Shown here: one piece after another, positions 30,370-38,885 of the stretch
How the letters are laid out: each line of letters starts with the position of its first letter
How positions within the stretch are numbered: the stretch's first letter is position 1
Assembly (NCBI GenBank): GCA_050250935.1
Contig: JBFWNS010000005.1
Location: 97,583-161,582 of the forward strand
Direction: 5' to 3'
Origin: Candidatus Margulisiibacteriota bacterium
GTDB taxonomy: Bacteria > Margulisbacteria > Marinamargulisbacteria > JBFWNS01
DNA length: 64,000 nt
Translations under genes and position numbers: made by a program
The notes under the pieces: generated by a model
Seen by the model: the letters and a program-made list of their open reading frames with translations, nothing else
What the model was told of the DNA's origin: nothing
The model's database searches: none

Positions 30370-30962
30370 AAACAGCCGATGCCTTGTGGGCCGAAGTTAA
30401 GGACCAGGTTTTTAATTATGTAAAAGTCTATGTGTTGCAACAAGCTGCCTCAGAATTGTTGATGGCCTATAAACCCCGCATCGACCAAATTGTTCGGCGC
30501 TATGCCCGTTTCTTGCCCAGCTTTGTGTCCGATAGCGAAGGCGATGATTTGCAAACCGTGGCCCAATTGGAGTTTATCGAAGCCTTTAAAGTCTGGGTTC
30601 CCGAAAAATCCCCAGATATTTGGCCCCTTGCTCAAATGCGGATGATCGGGGCCATGAAAGACCACATTCGCTATATTTCAAAATCCGATCCATCACGGTT
30701 CTACGATTGGATTACAGATGCGGCCTATGTGTTTACTATGGTTAACAAACGGGCCGATTTCGAGCAAGAAATCGAGACTGGCGATCAGTTAAGCCAGGCC
30801 ATGCAAACCCTGACTGATCGGGAACGGTTGGTGGTCGTCACCCACACCAAAGACGACAAAACCTTCAAACAAATTGGGGACGAACTGGGTATTTCAGAGT
30901 CTCAAATTTCCAGGATCTACAAAAAAGCCCTGGAAAAAATGAAAAAACGACTTCAGCCCTAG
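30366..30962 (+). CDS. Divergent FliA/SigD-like sigma factor (198 aa, apparently lacking region 3)
   Basis: Region 2 DDLQTVAQLEFIEAF...RMIGAMKDHIR; region 4 LTDRERLVV...FKQIGDELGISESQISRI. Confidence 0.8.
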   Translation: MKTADALWAEVKDQVFNYVKVYVLQQAASELLMAYKPRIDQIVRRYARFLPSFVSDSEGDDLQTVAQLEFIEAFKVWVPEKSPDIWPLAQMRMIGAMKDHIRYISKSDPSRFYDWITDAAYVFTMVNKRADFEQEIETGDQLSQAMQTLTDRERLVVVTHTKDDKTFKQIGDELGISESQISRIYKKALEKMKKRLQP

Positions 30963-31366
30963 GGCTCGATGTTTTCCAAGGCGTCGTTTTGAAGTGTGCG
31001 ATAAAAACAGGTGCTTCTGTGCTTTCCTGCTTGTGTTTGGGTATGGCAAGCGCCTTGGCCTTGGGGTAGAACCAGATACAACAACGCGTTTTGTTCGCAA
31101 TTGAGGCGAATATCGGCTACAGAAAGGGTGTCGCCAGAGGTTGCGCCCTTAACCCAAAGCTCGTTTCTGGAGGTACTCCAGAAGGTTGCAAGCCCGGTTT
31201 GGCGTGTTTTTTCAAAAGCCAGGGCATTGGTATAGGCCACAATCAAAACGTCTTTGGTTAGGGCGTGCTGGACCACCACGGGAATTACCTGTTGGTCGGG
31301 GTTGTTGGTGGGAGCAAGCTTGGAAAAGTCCAGGCGCAGGTCTGCACCTTCTTCGAGGCTGTTCAT
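30959..31366 (-). CDS. hisI: Phosphoribosyl-AMP cyclohydrolase
   Basis: IPVVVQ, FWSTSRNELWVKGATSG, NCEQN...GACHT...CFYR; start re-called at ATG 31366. Confidence 0.9.
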   Translation of the reverse strand: MNSLEEGADLRLDFSKLAPTNNPDQQVIPVVVQHALTKDVLIVAYTNALAFEKTRQTGLATFWSTSRNELWVKGATSGDTLSVADIRLNCEQNALLYLVLPQGQGACHTQTQAGKHRSTCFYRTLQNDALENIEP

Positions 31367-31370
31367 ACCC

Positions 31371-32291
31371 CTACACTTTGGGAACTTTGAAGGCGATGCC
31401 TTTTTCCAGGCTTTCTTCTTGGAAGATGTCTTGAACGGGAAAATGGGCCTTAAGTTGGTTGACCACCTCGTCGACAATGCTTCTCGGTACGGATGCCCCA
31501 GAGCTGATGCCCACGTTTTGCTTGCCAGCAAACCAGGCCATATCCAACTCGGCTGCGGTGTCGATGATGTAGCTATGAACCCCTTCTTCTTCGGCTGTTT
31601 CTTTCAGGCGGTTGCTATTCGAGCTGTGGGGAGATCCACAGATGATGATGATGTCGCAGTGCTTCGCCAAGGTTTTGACGGCATCTTGGCGGTTTTGGGT
31701 GGCGAAGCAGATGTCTTCTTTGGGCGGTGCTTTGATGTCGGGGAATTTGGCTTTAAGCTTTGTAATCATTTTGGTGGTTTCGGTAACCGACAACGTGGTT
31801 TGGGTTAAATAGCCAATGGGTTGATTGGGATCCATCGATAACCCATCAATTTCGTCTTCGGTTTCAATCACATGCAGCAAGGCTGGATTTACATAGCCCG
31901 AGGTTCCAATCAGTTCTTGGTGGCCACGGTGACCAATTAAAATGGTTTGGACCCCTTGTTTGGAAAAGGTGATGGCTTCCCGGTGTACTTTCGTGACCAA
32001 AGGACAGGTGGCATCAATGCTGATCAGGTTCCGCTCTTTGGCTTTTTCATACACATCTGGTGCAATGCCGTGGGCACTAAAAATAATCCGTTGTCCTTCG
32101 GGCACTTCAGATAAATCTTCAACAAACACCACACCTTGGCGTTCGAAATCGGCGATCACGGTGGTGTTGTGGACAATATGGTGGCGAACATAAATGGGAG
32201 GTCCATATTTTTCGAGGGCCAATTTCACCACATCAATCGCACTGGAAACGCCTGCACAAAACCCTTGGGTATGGGCCAAATAAATATTCAT
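31371..32291 (-). CDS. ispH: 4-hydroxy-3-methylbut-2-enyl diphosphate reductase
   Basis: GFCAGV, IVHN, SAHG, DATCPLVTKVH, QTT, DICFATQNRQ, SSNS. Confidence 0.98.
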   Translation of the reverse strand: MNIYLAHTQGFCAGVSSAIDVVKLALEKYGPPIYVRHHIVHNTTVIADFERQGVVFVEDLSEVPEGQRIIFSAHGIAPDVYEKAKERNLISIDATCPLVTKVHREAITFSKQGVQTILIGHRGHQELIGTSGYVNPALLHVIETEDEIDGLSMDPNQPIGYLTQTTLSVTETTKMITKLKAKFPDIKAPPKEDICFATQNRQDAVKTLAKHCDIIIICGSPHSSNSNRLKETAEEEGVHSYIIDTAAELDMAWFAGKQNVGISSGASVPRSIVDEVVNQLKAHFPVQDIFQEESLEKGIAFKVPKV

Positions 32292-32295
32292 GGTG

Positions 32296-32826
32296 TTAAC
32301 CCCATCCTTTGTTAATCACATAGATTAAAACGCCGGTAACCGATACATAAAGCCACAGTGGAAATGTGTAACGGGCCAGTTTTTTGTGAAGGGGGAATCG
32401 GCCACTAAGCCCTAAAAAGAAGGTGGTTAAAATCATGGGTAGGGCCCCAACCGTTAAAACAATGTGGGAAATTAAAACAAAAAAGTAGATGGGTCGAATC
32501 AGGCCTGTGCCCAAAAAGTGGGTGTCGCCATGGACGGCGTGGTAAATCACATAAGACAACAAAAACAGCGAGGAAAATCCAAAGGCGCCCAACATCCATC
32601 GGGGGTGGGATTTGGTGTTTCCGGCTTTAATGGCCAAAATTCCGAAAACCAAGGCGATGGCGCTACAGGCATTCAGCACACAATTTAACAGGGGTAAATA
32701 TTGAACACCAGGCAAAGCTAGGGTTGTTGGTGGTTTTAAATAAATCAACCAGAGCAGGAATAAAAAGGCAGCAAAACTAATGACAAAAATTATGGCGTAA
32801 GCTGTTTTGGGTTGTTTCTCGTTCAT
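32296..32826 (-). CDS. DUF420 (YozB-like) membrane protein
   Basis: LPLLNCVLNA, FLLSYVIYH, LISHIVL, HKKLAR, LWLYVSVTG. Confidence 0.88.
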   Translation of the reverse strand: MNEKQPKTAYAIIFVISFAAFLFLLWLIYLKPPTTLALPGVQYLPLLNCVLNACSAIALVFGILAIKAGNTKSHPRWMLGAFGFSSLFLLSYVIYHAVHGDTHFLGTGLIRPIYFFVLISHIVLTVGALPMILTTFFLGLSGRFPLHKKLARYTFPLWLYVSVTGVLIYVINKGWG

Positions 32827-32865
32827 GGTTGCTCAGTGTATCACACAACCCAGAAATTTGGAGCG

Positions 32866-33408
32866 TTAAAACGGCAGAAATAGCGAGCTGTGTCCCACCG
32901 AAATGCCCAGTGACACCGTGGTCGATCCAAAGCTCCCGGTTGGATAGGTTAAATACCCCACATCCAGGTCTACACAAAGCGTATCCATTAGGGGAATCCA
33001 AAGCCCTGTTTCTGCTTTCACAACCAGGCCTCCGCCTGCTGGGAGCCCACCACCGCCCCCAGAGCCCACGCTGGCCCGATAGTGCCATGCCACAGTGTTC
33101 CAGATGGGGGTGTGATAACCCAAGCCTACTGCTGCAATACCATAGCCGCCACGGTTGCCGCCGATGGCCCCAAAGATGCTTAAGATAAGGTCGATTTGTG
33201 GGGTTAACGAGGTGTCGAATTGATACCCAAAGGTGTTGGTTAGACCGGGCTCGGTCTCGAAATAGGTTTCAACCAAAAAATGTTCCTGGTGATGCCGGAT
33301 CTGAAGGTGGTTTAAATCGCTTGGCGAAAGCGGCTCTGCAGCCAGTGGGGCAACCCCCAAAAGAAGCCCGAGCAGCAGACCCGATCGTTTTAGAAATGAA
33401 GTTGCCAT
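32866..33408 (-). CDS. Outer-membrane beta-barrel-like protein, paralog 2
   Basis: Signal peptide; amphipathic strands; GNRGGY and GSGGGGGLPAGGG motifs; terminal F. Confidence 0.65.
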   Translation of the reverse strand: MATSFLKRSGLLLGLLLGVAPLAAEPLSPSDLNHLQIRHHQEHFLVETYFETEPGLTNTFGYQFDTSLTPQIDLILSIFGAIGGNRGGYGIAAVGLGYHTPIWNTVAWHYRASVGSGGGGGLPAGGGLVVKAETGLWIPLMDTLCVDLDVGYLTYPTGSFGSTTVSLGISVGHSSLFLPF

Positions 33409-33926
33409 TGTTTTAAACCTGCGCAGACCGAGACCGTCCATCCCGAAATTTCACCGTTGATAAACTGAATGTAGCCCACAGCTGCACCCAGAGCAAGGTC
33501 GTGGCTTAGATCGGTTTGAAGCTCTAGGGTTGGATTAATGGCAAATCCCCCGCCTTGTGGGGCAGATCCCCCGCCAGCAGCCCCCAAAAACAGGCGGCTG
33601 TCGATTCGCCAGTGGGGTGAAAGGTCGTATTGGGCCCCGAGGACAAGCCCGCCTTCCAAATAACCGGAGCGTTTGCCAAACAAGGCACCGCTGCCCCATT
33701 CGCCCCAATACCAGCTGGGGTTCAAAAACGTTTTTCGCCCGAAGCCATATAATACGATGGATTCTCCGGGGGTAATGGCATAGGTTTTGGTTTCAAAAAA
33801 ATAGTCCAGACGGCTTTTTTGGAGTTGGGATAGGTCTGGGGATTGGGCTTGGGGGGTGCCTGCAAAAAATAAGGCTAAAACACACCCAACAATCGCAGTA
33901 AAAACAGGTCTACTGAAACAGAACAT
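33390..33926 (-). CDS. Outer-membrane beta-barrel-like protein, paralog 1
   Basis: Signal peptide; GKRSGYLEGG and GAAGGGSAPQGGG motifs; terminal F. Confidence 0.65.
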   Translation of the reverse strand: MFCFSRPVFTAIVGCVLALFFAGTPQAQSPDLSQLQKSRLDYFFETKTYAITPGESIVLYGFGRKTFLNPSWYWGEWGSGALFGKRSGYLEGGLVLGAQYDLSPHWRIDSRLFLGAAGGGSAPQGGGFAINPTLELQTDLSHDLALGAAVGYIQFINGEISGWTVSVCAGLKQWQLHF

Positions 33927-34770
33927 CAAGCAAAATCAGCAGCAATAATATCGGCAAATAAATCACCGAAAGTCGCAGTACCGATTTTGCAGCGGCATGG
34001 CTTCTGTCTTTGGCAAATTTAAGGCCGCCGCTTAAGAACCAGGTGCCCAATAAAAATGCACCGCCCACATAAAAGGGGCCAACCAGGCCGTAAAAATAGG
34101 GGAAGGTCGAAACCAAAATTAACAGCAAGGTGTTAAAAATAATTTCTCGGCTTGTTCGCCAGCCTGTGGGATCAAAAACAGACAACATTTTGAAGCCTGC
34201 CTTGGCATAATCGTCTTTGTACATCCAAGCGATGGCATAAAAATGGGGAAGCTGCCACAAAAACAAAATCAAAAACAAGGTCCAGGCGGGATAGCCGACC
34301 TGTCCGGTTGCTGCCGACCACCCAGCCAAGGGAGGAATGGCCCCTGGAAAAGCGCCCACCAAGGTGTTGAGCCAGGTTTTCTTTTTAAGCGGGGTGTAAA
34401 CCAATACATAAAGCCCGCTGGTTAACAGGGCCAACAGGGCGGTTAGGTGGTTCACTGTGATGGCTAGAAAAATAACCCCAATGAGGGTTAATCCTAGACC
34501 CAAGATCAGGGCGTGGATTTTGGGAATAAGCCCACTGGGTAGGGGGCGGTTTTTGGTTCTGTCCATCAGGGAATCTTCCTGGATTTCCCAATAGTGGTTC
34601 AAAGCCGCCGCCCCACCCGATGCAATGGCGGTGCCGAGCATCGCCGCAGCAAAGCGAGTCCAATGGAAAGGCGTTGGCGATGCCAAAATGTAGCCCATGG
34701 CCAGGGTTACCAGTTGCATCATCAAAATGCGGGGTTTTGTAAGTTCTAAATAGGCTTTAAAAAGGGTCAT
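33910..34770 (-). CDS. cyoE: Protoheme IX farnesyltransferase (heme O synthase)
   Basis: LELTKPRI, DSLMDRTKNRPLPSG, YTPLKK, GAIPPLAGW, FLWQLPHFYAI. Confidence 0.96.
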   Translation of the reverse strand: MTLFKAYLELTKPRILMMQLVTLAMGYILASPTPFHWTRFAAAMLGTAIASGGAAALNHYWEIQEDSLMDRTKNRPLPSGLIPKIHALILGLGLTLIGVIFLAITVNHLTALLALLTSGLYVLVYTPLKKKTWLNTLVGAFPGAIPPLAGWSAATGQVGYPAWTLFLILFLWQLPHFYAIAWMYKDDYAKAGFKMLSVFDPTGWRTSREIIFNTLLLILVSTFPYFYGLVGPFYVGGAFLLGTWFLSGGLKFAKDRSHAAAKSVLRLSVIYLPILLLLILLDVLFQ

Positions 34771-34831
34771 ACTAGATGGGGCATTATCAACTGGTTGTAG
34801 TAGTTTTTCAAGTTTTAAAGCGGCTTGGGAT

Positions 34832-35377
34832 TTAAAAGAGGCTGTCGATGGCCTTTTCTCCGTAAACCTCTTTGAAAAATCTGGGAAAGGGCAGGACAGG
34901 AAAAACAGCCAATTGGGATTTGATTCTTTCGAAAGAGAAATGCTTAAACACTTTTTTAAGGCGTTCTAAAAAAGCCTCGTCTGCGTCGCGAATGGCCATT
35001 AATAAATAAGGAAGGACAGGATAGTCGGTGGTTCCCAAAACAACACTCAAACACACCACTGTTTCTGGGTTTTGTTCTGTTTTTAATTCTTCGATGAAAA
35101 ATTCGTGAACTTCGTGATAGGGAATAGTGGACATGGGCCCAACCATCAGACGTTTTTGAAGAGGGCTGGCCTGCTTAAATAGGGGAATCATTCGCAGCAG
35201 CCTGTCTTTGTCTTCTTCTCCCGTCAATAGAATCGATGCCGTTGCACAAATCTCGGGGTCGTTGGACTGGATACAGGTGCATAAAAAGTCGATTTCCGCG
35301 TCCTCAAAAGGACCCTGGCTAGAGACGTAGTCCAAACGGGTCAAAATGTTTAACAGGTTTTCGCGTTCTGTTTTCAT
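34832..35377 (-). CDS. Helical repeat (HEAT-like) hypothetical protein
   Basis: Paired amphipathic helices; divergent from the 35.5 kb operon. Confidence 0.6.
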   Translation of the reverse strand: MKTERENLLNILTRLDYVSSQGPFEDAEIDFLCTCIQSNDPEICATASILLTGEEDKDRLLRMIPLFKQASPLQKRLMVGPMSTIPYHEVHEFFIEELKTEQNPETVVCLSVVLGTTDYPVLPYLLMAIRDADEAFLERLKKVFKHFSFERIKSQLAVFPVLPFPRFFKEVYGEKAIDSLF

Positions 35378-35447
35378 GTCCTGCTATTTAATCATTCGGG
35401 ATGCGGTTATGCAAAGCCAAGGGTGATGGTTGTATTGAGAAAAATCG

Positions 35448-35477
35448 ATACATAATAATCCCCAACTGTGTCGATTA
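35448..35477 (+). promoter_or_regulatory. Candidate sigma28-like promoter
   Basis: ATACAT-N18-CGAT(TA); same elements and spacing upstream of the flgE/G-like gene. Confidence 0.5.
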
Positions 35478-35485
35478 CCAGAACA

Positions 35486-35512
35486 TGAGTGAGCGGTGAA
35501 ACGACTCACTTA
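35486..35512 (+). other. 5' leader stem-loop
   Basis: TGAGTGAG-CG...CG-A-CTCACTTA pairing just downstream of the predicted transcription start. Confidence 0.55.
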
Positions 35513-35540
35513 TCAAAATTCTCTAAAAGGAGTCACGACA

Positions 35541-35804
35541 ATGGCAGACCTACAACTCGATAAGTCCAGTGAGCGTATCGCAGCTGGTCAAGAAGCTGGG
35601 GATACATACCAAGGCACATTGGAAACGATCCGTAACGATCTAACCAAAACAGACCAAACAGGGACCACATTGGGGACCATGGTGGGTTCAAACCTTGAGA
35701 TGATTGAAGCCGAATCGACGTACCAAATCGAACAAGGGGTTCCTAAAAAAGCTTCTTCTACGGTTAAAGACGCAGCTGGCGAAATCAAAAAATCAGCGGG
35801 TTAG
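35541..35804 (+). CDS. 87-aa helical-hairpin protein, candidate needle/filament subunit (SctF-like)
   Basis: Strong SD AAAGGAG; size; GTTLGTM...VKDAAGEIKKSAG C-terminal pattern. CDS is solid, function is inferred. Confidence 0.6.
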   Translation: MADLQLDKSSERIAAGQEAGDTYQGTLETIRNDLTKTDQTGTTLGTMVGSNLEMIEAESTYQIEQGVPKKASSTVKDAAGEIKKSAG

Positions 35805-35817
35805 TTTTTTTGCCCTC

Positions 35818-35845
35818 TCTCCTGCAGGGTTTTCCCTGCAGGGGA
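35818..35845 (+). terminator. Strong intergenic hairpin (stabiliser or attenuator)
   Basis: CCTGCAGGG-TTTT-CCCTGCAGG; no U-tract immediately downstream. Confidence 0.6.
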
Positions 35846-35921
35846 TTGGGACTTAGGTGTGTTTTTAGTTCAAGCATTAAGACCAGACCTAATTCCCGAT
35901 CGCAATTTAAGGAGTATTACC

Positions 35922-36248
35922 ATGGCAATGGACGCATCATTTCGAGTTTTGGATAGAACCGACATTACAACGGTGAACTCCAAAAAGATTTTAACCATTT
36001 ATGATTTTGCCTATGGGACCTACTTGGCAACGTCGAATTTCTTTAAGCAAATCAGTAACATTCAATCGGCTTTGGCCACTGGGCAAAAAGTGACGTTGCA
36101 AACCGGTCAAGTTGCGGATCCCCAAACCATGGGGGGCTTGTTGGCCATTAATATCGCGATAGAAACCTTGGATAGTACCAAGACCTCGATGGAAGGGTTG
36201 TCCAAGTTGGGGTTGAAAAACGAAAACGACCTTTGGAAGCTACAGTAA
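35922..36248 (+). CDS. 108-aa protein, candidate inner rod (SctI)/FliE-like adaptor
   Basis: SD AAGGAG before ATG 35922; C-terminus DPQTMGGLLAINIAIE...GLSKLGLKNENDLWKLQ. Confidence 0.55.
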   Translation: MAMDASFRVLDRTDITTVNSKKILTIYDFAYGTYLATSNFFKQISNIQSALATGQKVTLQTGQVADPQTMGGLLAINIAIETLDSTKTSMEGLSKLGLKNENDLWKLQ

Positions 36249-36281
36249 ACCGATTCTGGGGGGAAAGAAGGAAGGTGTCCG

Positions 36282-38870
36282 ATGGGCTTAGATATTGAAC
36301 CGTATAGCGAACCAAGACCCTCGTTTTTTCCGCCCATGGTGTCCCCGGAACCCAACCGGCGCTTGGAATTGGAAATGGGTTCTTTTGGCAAAAAACTAGC
36401 CGATACACTGAACCAGCAAGGTCAAGGCGAAGACGATGAATTGTCTAAAGAAGCCAATGTTAAGATTGCCAAACAAATTGCAAACTTCCAAAAAGCCCTG
36501 GACTTTATGCCCAGGGTTAAGTTGGCGTTTATCGAATTTACCGGCGATAAAGGCAATAGCGAAAAATTGGATGCCGATGGCTATGTGGATTTGCGAGGCA
36601 AGCTGAATCAGGCCTTCTGGGACAATTCCAAATATTTTTTAAAACCCCGAACCAGCCCTTTGGAGTATGGCCAGCAAGATCTGAACCCCCTTGAAGCCTA
36701 TTTCGATGACAAAGGTATTTTGCAAGGGGCCATTGGAAAACGGAAAGTCCAAACCGGGGATTATGTTGAAAATGGCATTTATGGCCAAATGGGCGATATG
36801 CAGTTTGGACAAGATGCCGAAGGGTTGTTTCCTGCTTTGGGGAATACTTGGGTTCACAATTTGAATCTTTATCATGGGGCAGCGTCTTGGAATCCCTTTA
36901 AAGAAGGGGATAAAGCCAACTACGATGCGTTTAATGAAAATCCCTTGTACGCCTCTTTAGTGAATTCCTTTATGTCGCCTTTGAAAATTCTTCAAGACAT
37001 GGACCCAGAATTGGTTCAAAAAATGAAAGAAGCCATGAATGCCATTCAAGATACCCGGGATGCCAATTTTAATAACCCTTGGGTAGGAAAAGAAGACGCC
37101 AACTCGTTGAACTGGATGAATGTGCAAGATCCTTATAAAGACAGCAAAGTGGATACCTTTAATGTGATGGCCAACTATTACGATATTGGCATGTCCCAGA
37201 TGTGGGATAAATGGTCGCCCGATCAGGCCTTCTATTTCTTGTTGAATGGCTGGGAAGACCACAAACGACCTTACAGCGAATTCCAAAATATCTTGGGTAA
37301 AAAAGTGTTTGATATGCCCAATACTGGCGATCCAGAATCCCAAACCCAAGGGGCGCAAGATATCGTTAACAACGTCAAAAAATGGTGGGATACCGTGGGT
37401 TCCAAGGCCACCAGCGAAGGGTCTTTGGTGCCGTTTCGGGTAATGTCTCAGATGGCTTCGTCGGTGTCGGGTATGATGGACGCTTGGGGCGATTGGGGTG
37501 ACAGCCGATTGTACGATGCGGCCAGCGTGATTACGGATGACAAGTATGGCTTTAAAAATAAAATGATCAATGGATACTTGAACCATGTGTCAGACAACTA
37601 TATTGCCACGATGTTTCAGGGGCGTGGTGTTGTTCGGCAAGACGATTTGTTTGGGACAGTGGACACCCGTCAGATGGTGTTGGGATCTTTAAAAAGCCAA
37701 GGTCTTTTGAGCGCAGAAGGGGTGTTAACCTCGAAATACAAACCGTCGATGGCTGTGGAAGTTCCTGGGCTTTCGGATGACGATAATCAACAGTTGAACG
37801 AAACCTTGCAAAAATCGGCTTTGGGCGATTTTAATTTGGACCGACAAGCGGGATTTTCCACCGGCAATGCGGGGATGTCCAACATTATGTTGATTGGGGC
37901 CGAAGATGGGAAGCCTGCCAGCTTGAACGATGTGTTGGGACTGTTGCGGCAAGGGGATAATCCCTTGGACCGCTACAAAAATGCCAGAAATGCCTACAAC
38001 ACCTTTTTTGATATGTACGAATCCATGACAGGATTGGGGCTGGAAACAGGTGGAACCAATGGCAAAGGGGTTCTGAAACAGGTTAATGGCAAATACCAAA
38101 TGACCGTGTTTCCCAATGCCCAATGGAAGCAAGAAACCGTTTTGGGTGGTGTGGGTGGTTCTGAAACCAGAACGGGTCCCTTGACCCTGACTTTCGATAC
38201 AGAAGCTCAGGCCCAAAGTTTTGTGAAACAAGTCCGGTCTGTTATTGCGTTGTTGGAACCGGTTGTGGCTGGGTTTGATCCTGCCAACAACAATGGGCCA
38301 GGCCATTCGGCCATGACCTATGAAGGGGGTCAAAAACGGTTGAGTAACCTTCGGGTTTTAACGGACAATTCCAATAGTATCGATAGTTTGTACCCCATTC
38401 CCGAAGACAGTCCCGACTATCGCATTCAGGTGGACTTTGTACCCCATCACCAAACCACCGGTCCTGTGGTGAATCAAGGCGATAAATATCAGGCCATTCG
38501 TGGGTTTGATGCCAACAATACTGGCGCTGGAAATTGGTGGGAACAAGTGGACAAGTTTACTGGTGGAAAAGCCTACGACAAAATTGCCCAAGTGGTGTTT
38601 GGTAAAGGGGTTGGAAACCGAATTTTAAGAGGCCAACACAAAAAACAAGTTGAAGAATATCAACAAAAGAAAACGGAGTATGAAGAAGAAGAAGAAGATA
38701 AATTGGTTCAAGAGCGTAAACGGCGCAACGATCGTGTAGCCGAGGAAAATCGCGTGTCCAAGCTTCAACAACAAGAACGAGAGCAGCGTCACATCGAGCA
38801 GCTCCAACGCGATAATCAACGCCGTAATGAAGAGGCCCAAAAGCAAAAAGCCAACCAAAAGAAAAAGTAG
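36282..38870 (+). CDS. Large orphan protein (862 aa) with highly charged C-terminal coiled coil
   Basis: Long ORF with SD; no Cys; G/N/D-rich body; E/Q/K/R-rich tail; no signal peptide. Confidence 0.85.
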   Translation: MGLDIEPYSEPRPSFFPPMVSPEPNRRLELEMGSFGKKLADTLNQQGQGEDDELSKEANVKIAKQIANFQKALDFMPRVKLAFIEFTGDKGNSEKLDADGYVDLRGKLNQAFWDNSKYFLKPRTSPLEYGQQDLNPLEAYFDDKGILQGAIGKRKVQTGDYVENGIYGQMGDMQFGQDAEGLFPALGNTWVHNLNLYHGAASWNPFKEGDKANYDAFNENPLYASLVNSFMSPLKILQDMDPELVQKMKEAMNAIQDTRDANFNNPWVGKEDANSLNWMNVQDPYKDSKVDTFNVMANYYDIGMSQMWDKWSPDQAFYFLLNGWEDHKRPYSEFQNILGKKVFDMPNTGDPESQTQGAQDIVNNVKKWWDTVGSKATSEGSLVPFRVMSQMASSVSGMMDAWGDWGDSRLYDAASVITDDKYGFKNKMINGYLNHVSDNYIATMFQGRGVVRQDDLFGTVDTRQMVLGSLKSQGLLSAEGVLTSKYKPSMAVEVPGLSDDDNQQLNETLQKSALGDFNLDRQAGFSTGNAGMSNIMLIGAEDGKPASLNDVLGLLRQGDNPLDRYKNARNAYNTFFDMYESMTGLGLETGGTNGKGVLKQVNGKYQMTVFPNAQWKQETVLGGVGGSETRTGPLTLTFDTEAQAQSFVKQVRSVIALLEPVVAGFDPANNNGPGHSAMTYEGGQKRLSNLRVLTDNSNSIDSLYPIPEDSPDYRIQVDFVPHHQTTGPVVNQGDKYQAIRGFDANNTGAGNWWEQVDKFTGGKAYDKIAQVVFGKGVGNRILRGQHKKQVEEYQQKKTEYEEEEEDKLVQERKRRNDRVAEENRVSKLQQQEREQRHIEQLQRDNQRRNEEAQKQKANQKKK

Positions 38871-38885
38871 CAGGGGAGGCTTAAC

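Noticed and set aside
35872..35900. Another copy of the promoter motif (AAGCAT-N19-CGAT)
   Set aside because: Two mismatches and different spacing; too weak to call
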